This document shows positions 56,908 to 64,000 of a stretch of DNA of 64,000 nucleotides, in pieces. The first letter of the stretch is position 1; every line of letters begins with the position of its first letter. Position numbers and translations under genes: made by a program. Source of the stretch: Macrostomum lignano (Eukaryota); contig NIVC01000592.1 of NCBI GenBank assembly GCA_002269645.1, positions 124,001 to 188,000 on the forward strand, in the 5' to 3' direction. The notes under the pieces are model-generated. The model did no database searches, had not been told where the DNA came from, and worked only from the letters and a program-made list of their open reading frames with translations.

Positions 56908-57240
56908 TAATAATAATAATAGTATTAATAATATTTATAATTGATTACACCTGCCCCAATTGGACCAGGTGTGCAACCGACAGCTCAGCCGCAGCTATAG
57001 CTATAATTGCGCGGCGCATCTGAAGGCTGCGTACGGCTGTTCAGTCCGAGGACTGGGGAGTCGCCACACACAGCCTCAATTACCCCAGCTAATGCTGGCA
57101 CCCATTTTACAGCTGGGTGAACTGAAGCAATGCAGAGTTAAGTGTCTTGCTCAAGGACAAATTGTTCCAGTGAGATCGGGAATCGAACCCCCGACCTTCA
57201 ATTCGTGAATCCAACGCTCTAACCACTAGGCTATAACCCC
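56908..57240 (-). mobile_element. tRNA-derived CORE-type SINE, second copy
   Basis: Reverse-complement homolog of 20835-21139, with a (TAA)n tail at 56908 and the head GGGGTTATAGCCTAGTGGTTAGAGCG at 57240. Confidence 0.85.
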
Positions 57241-57845
57241 TCTACTAGGCTAAAACCCTTTCTACTAGGCTAAAACCCCCTCTACTAGGCTAAAACCCTT
57301 TCTACTAGACTACAACCCCCTCTACTAGGCTAAAACCCCCTCCACTAGACTACAACCCCCTCTACTAGGCTACAACCCCCTCTACTAGGCTACAACCCCC
57401 TCTACTAGGCTACAACCCTTTCTACTAGGCTACAACCCCCTCTACTAGGCTACAACCCCTCTACTAGGCTACAACCCCTCTACTAGGCTACAACCCCTCT
57501 ACTAGGCTACAACCCCTCTACTAGGCTACAACCCCCTCTACTAGGCTACAACCCCTCTACTAGGCTAACCCCTCTACTAGGCCACAACCCCTCTACTAGG
57601 CTACAACCCCCTCTACTAGGCTAAAACCCTTTCTACTAGACTACAACCCCCTCTACTAGGCTACAACCCCCTCTACTAGGCTACAACCCCTCTACTAGGC
57701 TAACCCCTCTACTAGGCCACAACCCCTCTACTAGGCTACAACCCCCTCTACTAGGCTAAAACCCTTTCTACTAGGCTACAACCCCCTCTACTAGGCTAAA
57801 ACCCCATCTACTAGGCTAAAACCCCCTCTACTAGGCTACAACCCC
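57241..57845. repeat. 19-20-bp minisatellite (CCCCCTCTACTAGGCTACAA) abutting and resembling the SINE 5' end
   Basis: The reverse-complement unit GGGGGTTGTAGCCTAGTAGA resembles the SINE head GGGGTTATAGCCTAGTGG. Confidence 0.9.
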
Positions 57846-59204
57846 TCTTTACACTAGAAATACACTGTATTGCACTGGAAGAATCCACGGCCGGATGGGA
57901 CATTCGCACATCTCCCTCTGAGTTTAGTCCTTTTAAGTGAGATATTCAGAGACTTTTCTGTTCAGTTTGGCATCGCAGAGCGGGTCTGCCTGTAGTCTGT
58001 GCAACTTGCAGTGGAGCTGGTGCTGCTGGTGGAGCCAACTTTTGATATGTGGGGGTGACTTGGCGAGATAACCCGCGACCTCGTTGGTGTCCAGATGCTT
58101 CTACTCCTACCAAGGACTGAAAACGGTTGCACATTGCGGTAGCATTGTGATACAGTTGCAGTGGAAATTTGGACGGTGAGTTAAGGCTTCAATTTCTAAT
58201 ATTCGTCTGCAGCAGGTGCTGCATGGTCACACTGTTCAATGGCGCAGATTTCGGCTTGGAAAAGCGTCTTATTCTCGCGGAAGATGGTGATACCCGTTCA
58301 AGCGCGGCTGTTGAACAGCGAGCAGTCAGTGAAGCAGTGGATGCTCTCCGCCACTTGAATGTCCGCATGAGCTCTTGCAAAAAAACATCGCGTGCAGGGG
58401 AACACGGCAATGACTGAGGATATTTCCGATATTTGGGAAGCGGGAGAGGCAAGCGGAATATTCGAGGCCTGCATGGGCCTCACTGCACCTGCGCCTGTCA
58501 TTGGCCAGCCCAATAAATCTCCCCATCATGCAGAGGAGCAATTCGATTCCGAAGGGCGCAGTTGAAGATCTTCCGCGCTCTTTGTTGGCTCTTTGTGCGC
58601 GCAGGCGGCCGGGACGACTGTCGGTCTGGACGGAATGTTGTTGTTTTCCTTTCCCGTGTTGCAGAAATTGCAGGCTGACGGGGTGAGGGGTTGGCGAACC
58701 GTCTGGGATCTCTTCTGCCCGATGACAGACCCTGATTACAGTGACATTAATTGACCCTGACCTCGGTTGTTTTCTAGGAACTTGCTAAACCTGTCATGTG
58801 ATTTCATGCAGCCTGTCAGCCAGAGTTGACAGAGTGATTGGCCAATCGGAGTTGACAACCATCGGTCATGATAAGAGGGCTCCCTGCCGCTAAATTACGA
58901 GTATTTTACGTTTGAACAGAAACTGACATATTCATGTTTTACCTGGAAAACTAATTTTTACACATCAAACTGCCTATACAAGTTAGACTGTGTACAGTTT
59001 TACAGGATTTATGACTTTATAAACTTTTAATTGTTTGGCGCACCTTTTTATTGGTAATTAAGTGTGGAATGGGACAATTGTGAATTTCATGATTTCATGA
59101 TAATGGGTTCTATTTCCATCGATTATATGAATTTAATAAGTCTCAAAAAATCTACTGTTACCACTGCAAGTAGAATTTGCTGTATTTCGCCTATTGTATT
59201 GAGG

Positions 59205-59730
59205 TGAGAGGGAGACTGGCTGCTGAGAGGGAGACTGGCTGGTGAGAGGGAGACTGGCTGGTGAGAGGGAGACTGGCTGGTGAGAGGGAGACTGGCTGGT
59301 GAGAGGGAGACTGGCTGGTGAGAGGGAGACTGGCTGGTGAGAGGGAGACTGGCTGGTGAGAGGGAGACTGGCTGGTAAGAGGGAGACTGCAAGGTGAGGG
59401 GGAGACTGGCTGGTGAGAGGGAGACTGCAAGGTGAGGGGGAGACAGGTGAGGTGGAGCAGATGGGAGGGTGAGAGGGAGACAGGTGAGGTGGAGCAAATG
59501 GGAGGGTGAGAGGGAGACAGGTGAGGTGGAGCAAATGGGAGGGTGAGAGGGAGACAGGTGAGGTGGAGCAAATGGGAGGGTGAGAGGGAGACAGGTGAGG
59601 TGGAGCAGATGGGAGGGTGAGAGGGAGACAGGTGAGGTGGAGCAGACGGGAGTGAGAGGGAGACAGGTGAGGTGGAGCAGATGGGGGGTGAGAGGGAGAC
59701 AGGTGAGGTGGAGCAGATGGGAGGGTGAGA
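59205..59730. repeat. Two adjacent GA-rich minisatellites (21-bp GGCTGGTGAGAGGGAGACT type, then ~32-bp type)
   Basis: Direct reading. Confidence 0.88.
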
Positions 59731-59846
59731 GGCAGAGCATTAGCAGACTTTGGAGTCAATCCAATGCAAGGGATGAGATTAGAGGTGTCGGAACTGAAAT
59801 CCTCCAAGCGCCACAGGTCATTGTCTTCTTCCGCGAGCTGCAACGA

Positions 59847-62800
59847 GGCGCAGCGGGTTGCCCGCGATATCCTTGCCGAGCTTCAAGCGCGCAAAAAACC
59901 ACGAGATTGGGATATTTTCCCTCTTTGAATCCTTCCCGATGCTCGCAGCGGGAGTCGCGAGCGCTCGCGGATCCCCGCCTTCTCCGCCTCCCACCCGAGC
60001 GAGCGAGTTGCGGATTGTCAATTATGCAAATTCGAACTGCCACAACACTGATATTTTATCTCGATTGTCCCCGCAGCGAATTCCTGGGATAAAACTCCCA
60101 CCAACACCCCGACCTGTGCGGCAGGCGGCTCCCAAAGCCGATCGGTGCGGCGCTTCCCCTGCGGCTGGCGCAGTGGGAAAGGGAAGACCGGAGAGCTCAG
60201 CGGGAGTCCCGAATTTCGGGTGCGCCTGCGGCACTCGGACTTGGATGGGACTGAGGGTCAGGGGGTTCTGGCTGGGCGAGTGGTGACTGCAGAAACCGGA
60301 AACTGCAGGGGTTGGATCTCCTGCTTACTGCTGCCACCCCACTAATCCCTGCCCCCCACTAATCCCTGCCCCCCGCTAATCCCTGCCACCCCCGCTAATC
60401 CCTGCCACCCCCGCTAATCCCTGCCCCCCGCTAATCCATGCCACCTCCGCTAATCCCTGCCACCCCTGATAATCCCTCTCACTTCGCTTGTCACCCTCCA
60501 CCCTGCAGTCGCCTTGTAGTGTTAATAAACTATTCTGATTATTGCTTTTGAGTCCTCGGCTGTTTCCTGGCTGCCAGCATGCGGGCTGACGCTGATCTCT
60601 CAAGCCGTTAATCGAACTCGAAAGCTCGAACTCGAAGATTCGAATCTCCCGCCCGATTTTGTCCGAGCCCCGGCCAGCCGCTGTAAATCAATGCCGCTCA
60701 GCCGCTGCCGCATCCCCAGATCCCGCAGCTCCAGCATCCCTAGCGCCTCATCTCCTCTCCGCAGCCTCCCAGCCAGCCAGTGCAGCGGTCTGAACTGTTG
60801 CGCCATTCGAAGCTCGCGTCACCTTCGCCGTCTCCGCCCGGATACTCGGCACCTCGGCAAGCGAATAACAGCTGATCCCCATGCCTGATAATTGGATAAT
60901 TGGCCTCTGTTTACCTTGGCCGGCTTGGCAGGGTGGGGGTCCCTGACCACTGCCCTTCGGCACTTGGAACCGACTGCCTCTCACTTTGTCGTCTTGCTTA
61001 AACTTTCACCGTAGGGATTTATTCTAGTCCAAGAATGTTGTCTCCATGGACACGAGCACAAAGTCTGTTCAGATTCTGTACAGAGGCTGGATGCCAAAGT
61101 GCAGTCTCTGAATTGCAATCTCGGCTTTGGTCTTTCTCCCAAGGCGCAGTGAAATGTACAAGCCTGAAAAAATAAAGTTAGGTTAAGTTAAGTTAAGTTA
61201 AAATAAAGTATCCGCGCGCTTGTGTGCCTGCTCAGGGGAGTCGGCGGAATGGGCAGTAATGCCTCTCGCCGGTTTTGTGACAATTTCGCTTGAAATGCGC
61301 CAGGGTGCACGAAGCCACTCGCCCTAACTTTGAAAACCCAGAGACACTGCCCTCCCATTGTCTGACTGTCCCTGTGTCAGCCGCAGCTCATAAAAAATAA
61401 AAAAGCGTGCATCAGGGCAGTCGGCAGGCAATCAAAAAGCATTGCCATGTGGGAAGACAATTTGATTTGGGTTATTTTCTAAGGCTGGGGCCATGGCGCA
61501 GTCAGCAAAAGACGATTCTGTTGGCTCTTTGTACGCGCAGGCGGCTGCTGTTGTTTTCCTTTCCCGTGTTGCAGAAATTGCTTCATGGGAAAGAAGACTG
61601 TCTGGAGCGGCTGACAGGGGAGGGCGGCGCTGATTGAGTTTGCTGGGAAGCAGACATCCAGACTCCACCTTGCCTCATATCGATTTTTGACACTTCCAAT
61701 CAGCGAAATGATTGATTGACAGCCTCCAGTCAGCACAGACCCATTTGCTTGCAGTAACAATGAAATGAGTGACCTGCTTTGAATTAATGAAATTCACAAT
61801 ATTCACTTCTTGCAGCTTTTAAGCAAGACGACAAAGTGAGAGGCAGTCGGTTCCAAGTGCCGAAGGGCAGTGGTCAGGGACCCCACCCTGCCAAGCCGGC
61901 CAAGGTAAACAGAGGCCAATTATCCAATTATCAGGCATGGGGATCAGCTGTTATTCGCTTGCCGAGGTGCCGAGTATCCGGGCGGAGACGGCGAAGGTGA
62001 CGCGAGCTTCGAATGGCGCAACAGTTCAGACCGCTGCACTGGCTGGCTGGGAGGCTGCGGAGAGGAGATGAGGCGCTAGGGATGCTGGAGCTGCGGGATC
62101 TGGGGATGCGGCAGCGGCTGAGCGGCATTGATTTACAGCGGCTGGCCGGGGCTCGGACAAAATCGGGCGGGAGATTCGAATCTTCGAGTTCGAGCTTTCG
62201 AGTTCGATTAACGGCTTGAGAGATCGGCGTCAGCCCGCATGCTGGCAGCCAGGAAACAGCCGAGGACTCAAAAGCAATAATCAGAATAGTTTATTAACAC
62301 TACAAGGCGACTGCAGGGTGGAGGGTGAAAAGCGAAGTGAGAGGGATTATCATCAGGGGTGGCAGGGATTAGCAGGGGTGGCAGGTATTAGCAGGGGTGG
62401 CAGGAATTAGTGGGGGTGGCAGGGATTAGCGGGGGGCAGGGATTAGCGGAGGTGGCAGGAATTAGCGGAGGTGGGAGGAATTAGCGGGGGTGGCAATGAT
62501 TAGCGGGGGTGGCGGGATTAGCGGGGGTGGCGGGGATTAGCGGGGTGGCAGGGATTCGTGGGTGGCATGGATTAGAGGGGGTGGCAGGGATTAGCGGGGT
62601 GGCATGGATTAGCGGAGGTGGCAGGGATTAGCGGGGGCAGGGATTAGAGGGGGTGGCATGGATTAGCGGGGGGGCAGGGATTAGCGGAGGTGGCAGGAAT
62701 TAGCGGAGGTGGCAGGAATTAGCGGGGGTGGCAATGATTAGCGGGGGTGGCGGGGATTAGCGGGGGTGGCAGGGATTAGTGGGGTGGCAGGGATTAGAGG

Positions 62801-63635
62801 GGGTGGCATGGATTAGCGGAGGTGGCAGGGATTAGCGGGGGCAGGGATTAGAGGGGTGGCATGGATTAGCGGGGGGCAGGGACTAGCGGAGGTGGCAGGA
62901 ATTAGCGGAGGTGGCAGGAATTAGCGGGGTGGCAATGATTAGCGGGGTGGCGGGGATTAGCGGGGGTGGCAGGGATTAGTGGGGTGGCAGGGATTAGAGG
63001 GGGTGGCATGGATTAGCGGAGGTGGCAGGGATTAGCGGGGGGCAGGGATTAGAGGGGGTGGCATGGATTAGCGGAGGTGGCAGGGATTAGCGGGGGTGGC
63101 ATGGATTAGCGGAGGTGGCAGGGATTAGCGGGGGTGGCAGCAGTAAGCAGGAGTTCCAACCCCTGCAGTTTCCGGTTTCTGCAGTCACCACTCGCCCAGC
63201 CAGAGCCCCCTGACCCTCAGTCCCATCCAAGGCCGAGTGCCGCAGGCGGACCTGGAATTCGGGACCCCCGCTGAGCTCTCCGGTCTTCCCTTTCCCACTG
63301 CGCCAGCCGCAGGGGAAGCGCCGCACCGATCGGCTTTGGGAGCCGCCTGCCGCACAGGTCGGGGTGTTGGTGGGAGTTTTATCCCAGGAATTCGCTGCGG
63401 GGACAATCGAGATAAAATATCAGTGTTGTGGCAGTTCGAATTTGCATAATTGACAATCCGCAACTCGCTCGCTCGGGTGGGAGGCGGAGAAGGCGGGGAT
63501 CCGCGAGCGCTCGCGACTCCCGCTGCGAGCATCGGGAAGAATTCAAAGAGGGAAAATATCCCAATCTCGTGGTTTTTTGCGCAGATGAAGCTAGGCAAGG
63601 AGGTCGCGGGGAGATCGCGGGCGACCCGCTGCGCG
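59847..63635. repeat. Inverted duplication: arms ~59847-61002 and ~61818-63635, 815-bp spacer
   Basis: Mirrored translations in the ORF track (60600-60806 minus = 62013-62219 plus). The internal GCTAATCCCTGCCACCCC minisatellite spans ~135 bp in the left arm and ~790 bp in the right arm. Confidence 0.9.
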
Positions 63636-64000
63636 CGAGCTGGGCTGGGAGGTGGGGCGGTGCTAATGAGCCTGAGATAAATGGCTTTGGCGATTTTGTA
63701 AATACGATAACACAGCGGGGGGGGGCGGTGAGAGGTGGGGGTGGGCGACCTTGCAAGCCGATCTGTTGGACAAGTGGCTGCCACTTCAGCTATCAGATTG
63801 TCCCGCACAGCCTATCTTTCACTCTGCTAAGCTGTTGTTTAACTATCAGGTGTCGCAGTAAGCGGTTCGCGGTTCTTAAGTAACCCGCCTTCGAGTCCGC
63901 TGGTCCTTTAACTTTTATTGCTAAGACTTGTGTCCATGGCGACTGGGACCACTCGGCTGGACTGGCTCAGGTGTCAACTGTAAACACTTGGATTTCAATG

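Overview
Repeat-rich animal (invertebrate) genomic DNA with spliceosomal introns, almost every one filled by its own minisatellite. The style is reminiscent of the flatworm Macrostomum, but the sequence alone cannot show that. Host genes reconstructed by hand: (1) a >=13-exon minus-strand gene for a Cys/Trp-module cell-surface protein with a GPI-type tail (1.8-11.6 kb); (2) TMEM243 (2 coding exons); (3) a class II eIF4E (eIF4E2/4EHP); (4) a small putative death-fold protein gene. The main finding lies in the single coding intron of TMEM243: a 10,595-bp Polinton/Maverick-derived element (25057-35651) with AGTAGT termini and a perfect 6-bp TSD (TCTATG). It is a giant near-palindrome of two 4.8-kb arms around a 1-kb spacer, and the spacer holds a third, divergent terminus. 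Each arm carries a deleted pPolB relic, an intron-containing DDE/chromodomain integrase and a PC4-like ORF. The arms are near-identical except for a ~0.7-kb patch that is ~7% divergent. This fits a copy-back-type, mosaic defective Polinton that integrated as one unit. Also present: an intact, young Mag-type Gypsy element, P-like MITEs with 8-bp TSDs, a Merlin relic, two CORE-type SINEs, minisatellites apparently seeded from TE termini, and a second inverted duplication at 59.8-63.6 kb. Most long ORFs in the supplied track are repeat artefacts.
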